Shown: positions 25,707 through 33,995 of the stretch, in pieces
Position numbering within the stretch: position 1 is the stretch's first letter
Layout of the letters: every line of letters begins with the position of its first letter
Assembly (NCBI GenBank): GCA_963526305.1
Contig: CAURNW010000007.1
Location: forward strand, 161,032 to 225,031
DNA: 64,000 bases
Direction: 5' to 3'
From: an uncultured Chryseobacterium sp.
GTDB taxonomy: Bacteria > Bacteroidota > Bacteroidia > Flavobacteriales > Weeksellaceae
Program-made: the position numbers and the translations under genes
Notes under the pieces: model-generated
The model's database searches: none
What the model was told of the DNA's origin: nothing
What the model saw: the letters and a program-made list of their open reading frames with translations, nothing else

Positions 25707-27338
25707 TTATTGTGAGCATGTTGATGAAGTTGGTTGATTGCTACTATTAAGACTTACTATTTTTACTGTGCCATCACTTTCGATTCTTTGTAAATTTACT
25801 TTACCTTCTAAACCCATATTTTTTAGTGTCTCAAAGAACAATTTTTCAACACCTGCATTATTTATTAAACCATTACTATTAACATATGTAGTTCCATTTA
25901 AAATTGGTTCCACTAAATCATTCTTTAATATTCGATAATCAATATTAAAAGTATTCAATTGTTCTTGTGAGAAATTAGTCAAAGCATCCTGATAGGTTCC
26001 GTTAAACCAAATAACATAATGCATTCCATTTGGTGCGACCATTCCCATAAAAGCGTTGTTTACATTTGCAGGATTAGAAGTAGGCTGCGCTCTTGCAAAT
26101 CCTAATAATTGATCAATATCCGGAGGCGAAAGCATCGGAATACCTGTCGGAGTATGGTTGTGATATGCTCCTGCATATCCTGTTTTGTCACCAAAATTTA
26201 CACTGTGGGCACCTCCTGTTATCGTAGCAGAAGGTGTGCCGTCTGTTTTAAACTTGACTCCTTTTTCACCACCGGCAGTAGATTGTGTTTTAAGTTCATT
26301 GATTTTTGCCTGAACTTGCGGATTTGTTAAAATAGCTTTCGTTTTTGTACAGGGATTGTTAACAATTTGATCATAAAACTGCTCCCATGTCAGATTAGGG
26401 TTTTCCATAAAAACCTGTATCGCAAAATTAGCAAAATCTTGATAATAGCTATTTTGCGGAGGAGATAAAGGTGGGATATGGTCAAGATAATATTCTAAAA
26501 TGTTACAATAAATATCAGCATGCTCTACAGCCCAGGATTTCGCCTGATCGGTTTGTGAGTGGAAAAAGCTACCCGCTCTTGCTGCTCTTACGTAGGATGG
26601 TTCAATTGTGGGGGGAATATTAGGGTCAAAAGTGTAGCCGCTCGGGTCATACAATCCTGTTCCTCCACCGCCTCCGCCATTGTCACCACCTCCTGGGAAA
26701 CTTCCGCCTCCTCCTGTACTTCCGCCACCGCCACCTCCGCATTCATAAGAAGTATAGCCTGAACTGGTGAAAAGACATTGAGCGCACTTATCGCATTGTG
26801 ACCATGACTGCCCCTCTTTACAATGCCATATTTCTATGGAATAAAAATCTGAACATATTCTTGCTGTGGATGGATTATTTATTTTTGTTACAATGCCTTT
26901 CTGAGAATCATATACAGGAATTAGCTCGTTATCTAAAATCTTAACAATTGAAAATGCTACATCATTGGCATTTTTTCTATAAACAAGATTGTAAACGGTT
27001 TCCGGGTTTTCAAAAATATTATACGCTCGTAAAGCATAGGTCTGAGTGTTGTTGACATCCATTTTGTAAATGGAAGTCTCGTCAATAAAGAATCTTCTTA
27101 GATAATCAGTGTTCGCACTGCTTTTGCCAGATAAGGGATTATCTGTTCTTTTAAAGTCATTGACCCCACTCAAAAAAGTCTCTTTTTGAAAAATACCTGT
27201 ACTGATTTTTTGATGAATGTGTTCTCCTGATTTTTCTTCATTGTGTTTTACTATTGCTTCTAAATCAGTTCTACAGGAATGGAAAGTGATACTAATGGCT
27301 ATCAGTAAAGACAACCACAAAATAAATTTGTTTTTCAT
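25707..27338 (-). CDS. Full-length lipoprotein with a C-terminal JAB/JAMM-like module (putative polymorphic toxin)
   Basis: 543 aa. Signal plus lipobox (ISITFHS|C). Cys-rich block (CSDFYSIEIWHCKEGQSWSQCDKCAQCLF...YEC). Gly-rich linker GGGGGGSTGGGGSFPGGGDNGGGGGGTG. Core GGEKG-x-..GGAHSVNF..AYHNHTPTGIPMLSPPDIDQLL, i.e. E...HxH-x8-S-x2-D. Confidence 0.85.
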   Translation of the reverse strand: MKNKFILWLSLLIAISITFHSCRTDLEAIVKHNEEKSGEHIHQKISTGIFQKETFLSGVNDFKRTDNPLSGKSSANTDYLRRFFIDETSIYKMDVNNTQTYALRAYNIFENPETVYNLVYRKNANDVAFSIVKILDNELIPVYDSQKGIVTKINNPSTARICSDFYSIEIWHCKEGQSWSQCDKCAQCLFTSSGYTSYECGGGGGGSTGGGGSFPGGGDNGGGGGGTGLYDPSGYTFDPNIPPTIEPSYVRAARAGSFFHSQTDQAKSWAVEHADIYCNILEYYLDHIPPLSPPQNSYYQDFANFAIQVFMENPNLTWEQFYDQIVNNPCTKTKAILTNPQVQAKINELKTQSTAGGEKGVKFKTDGTPSATITGGAHSVNFGDKTGYAGAYHNHTPTGIPMLSPPDIDQLLGFARAQPTSNPANVNNAFMGMVAPNGMHYVIWFNGTYQDALTNFSQEQLNTFNIDYRILKNDLVEPILNGTTYVNSNGLINNAGVEKLFFETLKNMGLEGKVNLQRIESDGTVKIVSLNSSNQPTSSTCSQ

Positions 27339-27880
27339 TTGATTGTGTTATTTTGGTTGTAAAAATAATTCTTTTTATTAATTATTAAAATTTTCTTGAA
27401 AAAAAATCATTTCCCAATTGTCATTTTTCTGATATAAAGACAATCAGTGCTATGAAAAACCATTTCCTATTATATTTACTACTAAATTTTCTCTTTTAGA
27501 TTGATTAGACAGGAAGGTTTTAGAGTGATATCTATCTGATAAAAATTTCAATATATATTTCAGATTCTTTTTAACTCTTTCTATCTACAGGTGTTTTCAG
27601 CCATCAATCAATCCTGACCAAATATTTCAAGGCTCAACACTAATTGATTAATGAGTTAATGTCTTCCCTCATAAACACAGCACCATCTTATGCTACTTAG
27701 TTCACCACCACTTTTTAAAATCTGCTTTTTTCAGTAATTCTTAAAATTATTGTAAATTGTCATCAAGTTGCTGCATCAGTTGTAATATTCGGAGCTTCAA
27801 TGTTTTTAAAACCTTGTTTAGCTCTTCTTATTATCAAAAAATACAGCAAGAATTAGCGAACATAAAAAAAACATTTACTG

Positions 27881-28378
27881 ATGAAAAAGAATTACGAATC
27901 CCTACAACTTGTAAAATCAACACTGTTAGGAGGTTTCTTATCTGCAATTGTTAAATTTGGCTGGGAAGTTCCCTTTCCGCCAAGAACTCCTGTAAGAGAT
28001 GAGACCAATCCGCCACAAACTATTCTGGAACAGTTAGGTGTAAGTAAAGATATCTCTCATTTTTCTTACTATTTTAACGAAAACGCAAGACCCCTTTTCA
28101 GCATTATCGTTCACTTTGGATTTAGCTTTTTCTTTGCATGGCTGTATTATCGGATGAGTGAGCGTTTCAAATGGATCACCACCGGTTACGGTGCTCTGTA
28201 CGGTATTATTATTTACATCTTATTTCATGTGATCATTATGCCTGCTTTAGGAACGATACCATCTCCCGCAGACCAACCCTGGGAAGAGCACCTATCTGAG
28301 TTTTTCGGACATATCATTTGGGCATGGTCGATAGAAATCATCAGGATTTACAGTAAAAGTACTTCTAAAAACATCTAA
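27881..28378 (+). CDS. YagU-family (DUF1440) inner-membrane protein
   Basis: 165 aa. VKFGWEVPFPPRTP and SEFFGHIIWAWSIEIIRIY closely parallel E. coli YagU (VKWGAEVPLPPRSP, SEIFGHLVWFWSIEIIRR), as recalled from memory. Confidence 0.75.
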   Translation: MKKNYESLQLVKSTLLGGFLSAIVKFGWEVPFPPRTPVRDETNPPQTILEQLGVSKDISHFSYYFNENARPLFSIIVHFGFSFFFAWLYYRMSERFKWITTGYGALYGIIIYILFHVIIMPALGTIPSPADQPWEEHLSEFFGHIIWAWSIEIIRIYSKSTSKNI

Positions 28379-28762
28379 GCCAAGCTCCAAGAAGTATAAG
28401 GCAGATTGATAATTTTAAGATTTTGTGGTGCTGAAAATAAAGCAGTCAACAATTTTGTAGGTCAACTTCCTTTGTAATAAATTTATTTAAAGAAGAAACC
28501 TGTTTAAACTTTTAAAAGAAAGTTCAGAGATAAATATTGAACTTTTTTACAAAAAAGTTTAGACAGGTTTTAAGTATGCTCCTCAGGGAAAAGCTTAAGA
28601 ACCTTATCAATGAATAAAAATTACCTCATACAGGCATCAGCTGATTCACAGCATCAATATCACAATCTGGATTCTAGACCATCAGTCAGCAATCACTCTA
28701 AGTTAAAATTGCATTTTAAAAGGGAAAATACTGACGTAACAATATCTATTATTAATGTGGTA

Positions 28763-29722
28763 TCAGTTCAGATGATTATTCAGAACATTATTTTTAAGAT
28801 CTTCAATTCCCACCAGTTGTTTTAAAGGTTGGTGATAATAGGTCTTAATACGCTCAATAATTCCTGCGTCAACAGTATCATCAAATTTTCTGGCGAAAAG
28901 ATGCTGGCCTTCCAGAAGAAAGCCTAAATCTGTTTCTGTGAAAGTTTTTGGGCGCAGTTTAATATCGCCGTCAGGAATCCAGATTATGGCTCTTTTATCA
29001 TCATCCACCAGAGTTCCACTGAACGAGGTGTTCATCAGAACGGTTTGAAAAAAAGATTCGTCTGCAATTAATGTATTGAAATAATATTTTTCAAACTTTT
29101 TCACCTCTTCATCATTGATCAGAAATTCACAGCAATTTCTTGTGAGAATCATCCACTGTCCTCCGATATAAGGAATAACCCCTTCCATGAAATCTCGTTT
29201 ATGGGTTTTATCTGAAATCTCATTTTCTGATTCTTCAAAATAATTCTCAATCCGGTTCATGGTTTCGGGTCTGATCTTTTTCTGATCGGCAATTTTTATA
29301 TAGCTGTTACCGTAGTTTTCCGATAAGAAGTTTTTAATAATTTCCTGTGATTTTAAAGGAAAATCCTGACCGCTCAGGTTGATAAAGTAATCCCATTTTT
29401 CATTCATCTCCAGAAGATATTTCATTCCGTCCAGCTCTGCCTGAACCATACTGTAGCCGCCCCATATGACATTTTCGCTATCCAGGATATGTACGTTTGG
29501 GTACTCTTTAAGAAATACGCTGACTTCCTCCTCTATTTCACTGCCTGCTTTTTTGTCAATATGAATGAGATAGAAATTCGCTGAATCATAAATAGCGCTA
29601 AAAAGTTTTTTGAACTGGTCAGGTAAACGATGAACCAATACCAGATAGGCAATACTTATTGATTTTGTGGGTGCGCTGTTTTTAACAGGAGTACCATCTT
29701 CACTGATGCAAACATTTTTCAT
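28763..29722 (-). CDS. Glycosyltransferase family 14-like (core-2/I-branching beta-1,6-GlcNAc-transferase fold)
   Basis: 319 aa. IAYLVLVHRLPDQFKKLFSAIYDSANFYLIHIDKKA and later motifs resemble the Branch domain. By-eye call. Confidence 0.65.
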   Translation of the reverse strand: MKNVCISEDGTPVKNSAPTKSISIAYLVLVHRLPDQFKKLFSAIYDSANFYLIHIDKKAGSEIEEEVSVFLKEYPNVHILDSENVIWGGYSMVQAELDGMKYLLEMNEKWDYFINLSGQDFPLKSQEIIKNFLSENYGNSYIKIADQKKIRPETMNRIENYFEESENEISDKTHKRDFMEGVIPYIGGQWMILTRNCCEFLINDEEVKKFEKYYFNTLIADESFFQTVLMNTSFSGTLVDDDKRAIIWIPDGDIKLRPKTFTETDLGFLLEGQHLFARKFDDTVDAGIIERIKTYYHQPLKQLVGIEDLKNNVLNNHLN

Positions 29723-29890
29723 TTTATATTATTTTAAAATTATGAATGCTTACAACTTATTTTATAAAGTATTAATAGACATTTTTTTCAATTTACGATA
29801 ATAAAACAACAGTATGATGATGAGATTTGTAAAAGAACTACAGGATTATTTTTATGGATTAATTTTAATTTTAAAAAACTTCATATTTCT

Positions 29891-29921
29891 TTTGCGGTTT
29901 TAGAAAAATTTAATAGATTTG
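29891..29921 (+). promoter_or_regulatory. Bacteroidota-type promoter of tRNA-Gln copy 2
   Basis: TTTG (29891-29894), 19-nt spacer, TAGATTTG (29914-29921). Same geometry as copy 1. Confidence 0.55.
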
Positions 29922-29938
29922 CACCACTAAAATAAAAC

Positions 29939-30009
29939 AGACCCATGGTGTAACGGTAGCACTCTGGTTTTTGGTACCATCAGTTGGGGTTCGAATCCCT
30001 GTGGGTCTA
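29939..30009 (+). tRNA. tRNA-Gln (anticodon UUG), copy 2 (71/71 identical to copy 1)
   Basis: The sequence is identical to 20401-20471, so the cloverleaf is the same. Confidence 0.9.
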
Positions 30010-30014
30010 CTTAT

Positions 30015-30052
30015 CAGGAGAAATGATTATTATCGTTTCTCCTGTTTTTTTT
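30015..30052 (+). terminator. Rho-independent terminator of tRNA-Gln copy 2
   Basis: 13-bp stem caggagaaatgat/atcgtttctcctg followed by T8. Confidence 0.75.
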
Positions 30053-30312
30053 ATAAATCATTATTTTTTGAATTGAAGTATAGGGGTTTGTAATGATAAT
30101 GATTAGGCAGTACATTTATTTAACCATTCTTTTATCGCAGGTTAGACCATACTGAATCTGTTGCATTTATCTTTGCTTTTTTCTATTCCATCATGTTTTC
30201 TTAAAGAAGCGAGATCAAAAATGATATTTTACAGGATATTTTTTAACTTTACCTTTCAAAATTTTATCAACACAAATGGCTTAACCAAAAGCTTTCAGAA
30301 AATTGATTTATT

Positions 30313-30720
30313 ATGGAGCATAAAATACATCAGGGAAGAAATATCAAACGATTTAGAGAAATGCTGGGCATCAAACAGGAAGCTCTGGCTTTTGATCTGG
30401 GTGAAGAATGGAATCAAAAGAAAGTTTCTCTGTTGGAGCAGAAAGATATAATTGACGATACTTTACTTCAAAAAATATCTGAAGTTTTAAAGGTTCCCGT
30501 AGAAGCTATTCAGAACTTCGATGAGCAGTCAGCGATACATATTATTGCGAATACAATTACCAATCATGACAATGGATCTGTTTATAATAACCATCCGATA
30601 TTTCAGCCGATTGATAAACTGATACAACTTCATGAGGATAAAATTGCTCTCTATGAACGTATGCTGAAAGAGAAAGATGATATGATGGCAAGGTTTGAGA
30701 AGCTAATTAAAAATAACTGA
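30313..30720 (+). CDS. XRE-family helix-turn-helix transcriptional regulator
   Basis: 135 aa. GRNIKRFREMLGIKQEALAFDLG...VSLLEQ is a typical HTH_3 pattern. Confidence 0.75.
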   Translation: MEHKIHQGRNIKRFREMLGIKQEALAFDLGEEWNQKKVSLLEQKDIIDDTLLQKISEVLKVPVEAIQNFDEQSAIHIIANTITNHDNGSVYNNHPIFQPIDKLIQLHEDKIALYERMLKEKDDMMARFEKLIKNN

Positions 30721-30832
30721 CTTTTTTGTTATATTATTTAGTAAATGCAGTTTAATCTGATATTCAAATGTAAGCTATTTAATATACAGATTCTTATATT
30801 TCCTAAAAAATTTATCGACCTTTATATTAAGT

Positions 30833-31192
30833 TTAGTAAAATCCTTCTTTTTCTCTAAATTGCATTTTATCCATATATTTATCTATACAGTTAATATCTT
30901 CTTCCCATATATTAGAAAATTTGGACCATTTACCATCGGGATCGAAATCAATAGATAATTCATTAATAACATTTATAAACAGGTTATCATTGAAAGCTTG
31001 ACCACTACAATTAGCAATTCTCTCATTTATTAAGGTTAATACAATATGTTTAATATTCTTCACATTCTTGAACTTTAAAACTATATAAATTAATAGTATT
31101 AATACAAAATGATAATCAAGTATATTATTTTTTATTTTTTCATATTCAAAATCTAAAATTTTTTTAAAATCTAACTGAATTTTTTCTTCCAT
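30833..31192 (-). CDS. Hypothetical protein
   Basis: 119-aa ORF in very AT-rich DNA. No recognisable motif. Confidence 0.4.
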   Translation of the reverse strand: MEEKIQLDFKKILDFEYEKIKNNILDYHFVLILLIYIVLKFKNVKNIKHIVLTLINERIANCSGQAFNDNLFINVINELSIDFDPDGKWSKFSNIWEEDINCIDKYMDKMQFREKEGFY

Positions 31193-31361
31193 ATAATTTT
31201 ATTTAGGAAACTGTTCTACTGTCTGATATTTCTCCTATTATCAACAAAGAAAGAAAATCTAGCAACCTGAATTATCAAACAATTGAAGAATTTAACAATC
31301 AAAACAAAATTTATAAAATGTAGCTTAACTTACACTGGAATTTATTTGTATATCCAGGTAT

Positions 31362-32594
31362 TTATTTTTTATTTTTTATTTTTTCCCACTCTACAGCATA
31401 AGGGTATAAATATTTTAATTCCGGTTTTTTATATAATGAATCCTCTTTATATTTTTTAATAAAATAAGATAGATCAGGGTTTTTATTTAAAGGAGGAAAC
31501 ATCATATATCTGACACCTCCTTTAAAACCTTTTTCTTTAACAATATCCTCTCCTACTTTAGTCTGCTCTGTTATTTTAAATGCTGCAAAATATATTAATG
31601 GAAGTAAAAATGGGAGAAAAAAATAAATCTTTCTTGGAAAATAATCCATTCCTCTTCCTATAAATATTAAAAGAAAAACATATGGGACTAAATGAAAAAC
31701 GTATATATCCGAAACATTGTGTTTTATACAGAAAAACAGGAAAGGGGTAATTCCTACAGCTATGTAATCAATTCTTTCTTTATTTCTTAATCCTAAAAAA
31801 ATAAAGAAAACAAAAAAAAGAAAATTATATAATAAAAATCCTATATTCCTAACAATACTTTTGAAGATTATTTTAATATTAAAATTGAAAATAGAATCTT
31901 GATAAGCATTATCAGTAAAAATGGATAAAAGAGAATGATATCCTAGTGCCACTGGGATCAATAAAATTGAAAATATAATGATCAGAATCAATCCTCCGTA
32001 AATAATATGCTCCTTAAGGATTTTATAATTTTTAAAAATTAAGTAGAAGTAAATAGGAATAAAAAGTATTGACTGAATATGTATCAAAAAAAGAATACCA
32101 AAAATAATCGATAGATAATAAAAATACAAAGGCTTTCTTTCCTGAAGAAACTTAAAAATATTAATTAAAAATAAAATAACAAAAACTAAATAAAAAGTAT
32201 ATACCTCAGTTATTACGGACATCCTCCAGAAAGTAAATGAAAAACCAAAAAGCAGCAAACATATAAATGATGATCTACGTGAAATACCCACTATATATAA
32301 TAGTTTATTTAAATAGTAAAGTGAAAGTACTGACGAAATAATACTAATCCCTACGCATACAGAGTGTACATTTTGAAAAGGTAATATTTTGTAAATTAAT
32401 GAGAGGAAATTCGAATATAAAAAGTGGTTTGTAGCATTAGATTCGAAGACAAATCCATGATAAGCTTGAATGGTAAAAGGTAAACTGTCACCTAAAGAAG
32501 GATCTTTTGCTGATGAATACACATAAATTAATGCTAATAACACCAAGCAGATAATTATATAAAGGTCAAATCTCTTATTTGATAAAATATTCAT
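31362..32594 (-). CDS. Polytopic integral membrane protein, possibly a GT-C-type/DUF2723-like glycosyltransferase
   Basis: 410 aa with at least 10 hydrophobic helices. The N-terminal loop DPSLGDSLPFTIQAYHGF resembles the acidic first loop of GT-C enzymes. Weak, by-eye. Confidence 0.45.
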   Translation of the reverse strand: MNILSNKRFDLYIIICLVLLALIYVYSSAKDPSLGDSLPFTIQAYHGFVFESNATNHFLYSNFLSLIYKILPFQNVHSVCVGISIISSVLSLYYLNKLLYIVGISRRSSFICLLLFGFSFTFWRMSVITEVYTFYLVFVILFLINIFKFLQERKPLYFYYLSIIFGILFLIHIQSILFIPIYFYLIFKNYKILKEHIIYGGLILIIIFSILLIPVALGYHSLLSIFTDNAYQDSIFNFNIKIIFKSIVRNIGFLLYNFLFFVFFIFLGLRNKERIDYIAVGITPFLFFCIKHNVSDIYVFHLVPYVFLLIFIGRGMDYFPRKIYFFLPFLLPLIYFAAFKITEQTKVGEDIVKEKGFKGGVRYMMFPPLNKNPDLSYFIKKYKEDSLYKKPELKYLYPYAVEWEKIKNKK

Positions 32595-32901
32595 ATGTAG
32601 CTGATTTTGTGTTCATTTCGTTTCTCTAAAATTTTATATTTTATAAAATCTTAAAATAGATTGATTAATAACTAATTTTTAGCAATTAATTTAAAATAAT
32701 TTTTACAAATTTAAAACATTTGATATAGACTTATTAACACATATTATAATGACAATTATCCAAGTTGCCCGCAAAAATAGCCTTTAATATTAAAGCTTAT
32801 TCAATAGTACACTTTTGTATTTGAAAAATTTTACAGATTCTTATACACCCATTCAATAAAAACCTTATTGCTAATTTTATCACAATCAAACATACCAAAA
32901 A

Positions 32902-33453
32902 ATGAATTCAGTAACCATCCGTAAAGCTGAACCCAAAGATTACCCTGCCATTATACAGCTTCAGAATGCAAACACCCCTGAAAGATTAAGCGAAGAAGAG
33001 AAAAAACAGGGCTTTGTCGTTTCTGCAATGACCGAAAAAACAATTCACTTTATTAATGAAAATTTAGGTGTCTTGGTTACGGTAGAAAATAATCAGCTGG
33101 CTGGATTTGTATGCCTGGCATCTACCCATCCCCTCCCAGACCACCCTGTGGCGAAAGCCATGTATCATACTTTTCCCTATCAGAAATTCAACGGCAAATT
33201 ACTGACAGATTTCAATATCTTTATTTACGGTCCTGTTTTAATAGACCCGAAATACAGAGGCAGAGGAATTTTAAAAAGTCTTTTCAATGCCGTGAAAAAA
33301 TACACAGAGCATGATTATGATTTAGGAGCCGCATTTATTAATGACAAAAACCCGCATTCTCTCGCAGTTCACGTTGAAGGATTAGGGATGAGCTGCCTGC
33401 AGCCGTTTGAGTCAGGGGACGAAAAGTTTCACCTAGTTGTTTTTGAAGTTTAA
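32902..33453 (+). CDS. GNAT-family N-acetyltransferase
   Basis: 183 aa. IRKAEPKDYPAIIQL start and an acetyl-CoA-binding-like segment, IDPKYRGRGILKSLFNAV. Confidence 0.8.
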   Translation: MNSVTIRKAEPKDYPAIIQLQNANTPERLSEEEKKQGFVVSAMTEKTIHFINENLGVLVTVENNQLAGFVCLASTHPLPDHPVAKAMYHTFPYQKFNGKLLTDFNIFIYGPVLIDPKYRGRGILKSLFNAVKKYTEHDYDLGAAFINDKNPHSLAVHVEGLGMSCLQPFESGDEKFHLVVFEV

Positions 33454-33518
33454 CAGCAAGCTTTTACAGAACTCATACATAGAACCATGATTCGCCTGCG
33501 CGAAAATGAAGTTATAAA

Positions 33519-33812
33519 TCATTTGTAGTTCTCTGGAACCGAAATATTATTCTTCTTCATATATTCCAGTAAATCATTGAATTTATCTTCGTAATCACTG
33601 CCTGAACATTTGTGGGAAATACTGCAGATTTCGGAAGGTTTTATCGCAAGAATATCTGAAATTTTAGTAAGAATCTCAAGGTTGATTTTTACTTTTGAAT
33701 TTTCAATATCCGAATAGGCTTTCTGAGAAATTCCCATTTCAAAAGCCATATATTCCTGTGTGAAATCTTTTCCCCTCCTTATTTTCCTGATATTTTGTCC
33801 ACAGATTTTCAT
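33519..33812 (-). CDS. XRE-family helix-turn-helix transcriptional regulator
   Basis: 97 aa. GQNIRKIRRGKDFTQEYMAFEMGISQKAYSDIENSK. Confidence 0.8.
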   Translation of the reverse strand: MKICGQNIRKIRRGKDFTQEYMAFEMGISQKAYSDIENSKVKINLEILTKISDILAIKPSEICSISHKCSGSDYEDKFNDLLEYMKKNNISVPENYK

Positions 33813-33995
33813 CGCAATTGCTTTAGTAGTTTTCGGTATATTTTAGAAGTATATCTATTAGCCTGAAACAAAGTTACTAAATACCTTTGTCAAAACATTA
33901 GACATGTAGTATGATATTTATTTCTGTAAAAATGAATTGTCTTTTTTAAGAATTTCATCGAAATAAAAATCATTCTCTGCTACACAATTAGAATT

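Noticed and set aside
20554-27338. Regularly spaced repeats could suggest a CRISPR array
   Set aside because: The repeats are 300-480 bp and the 'spacers' are ~800-bp coding sequences with paralogous proteins. There are no short palindromic repeats and no cas genes.
20554-27338. Diversity-generating retroelement or invertase-driven shufflon as the source of variation
   Set aside because: No reverse transcriptase, template repeat with A-specific mismatches, or site-specific recombinase/invertase gene is present. All cassettes are in direct, not inverted, orientation.
28610-28825. 71-aa ORF between the YagU-like and GT14-like genes
   Set aside because: It overlaps the 3' end of the GT14-like gene on the other strand, has no motif and has biased composition. 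It is most likely non-coding.
20401-30009. Classical integrative element with attL/attR in tRNA-Gln
   Set aside because: Both tRNA copies are full length with their own promoters and terminators and with diverged flanks, rather than one intact tRNA plus a 3' fragment. No integrase, excisionase or transfer genes lie between or beside them in this window.
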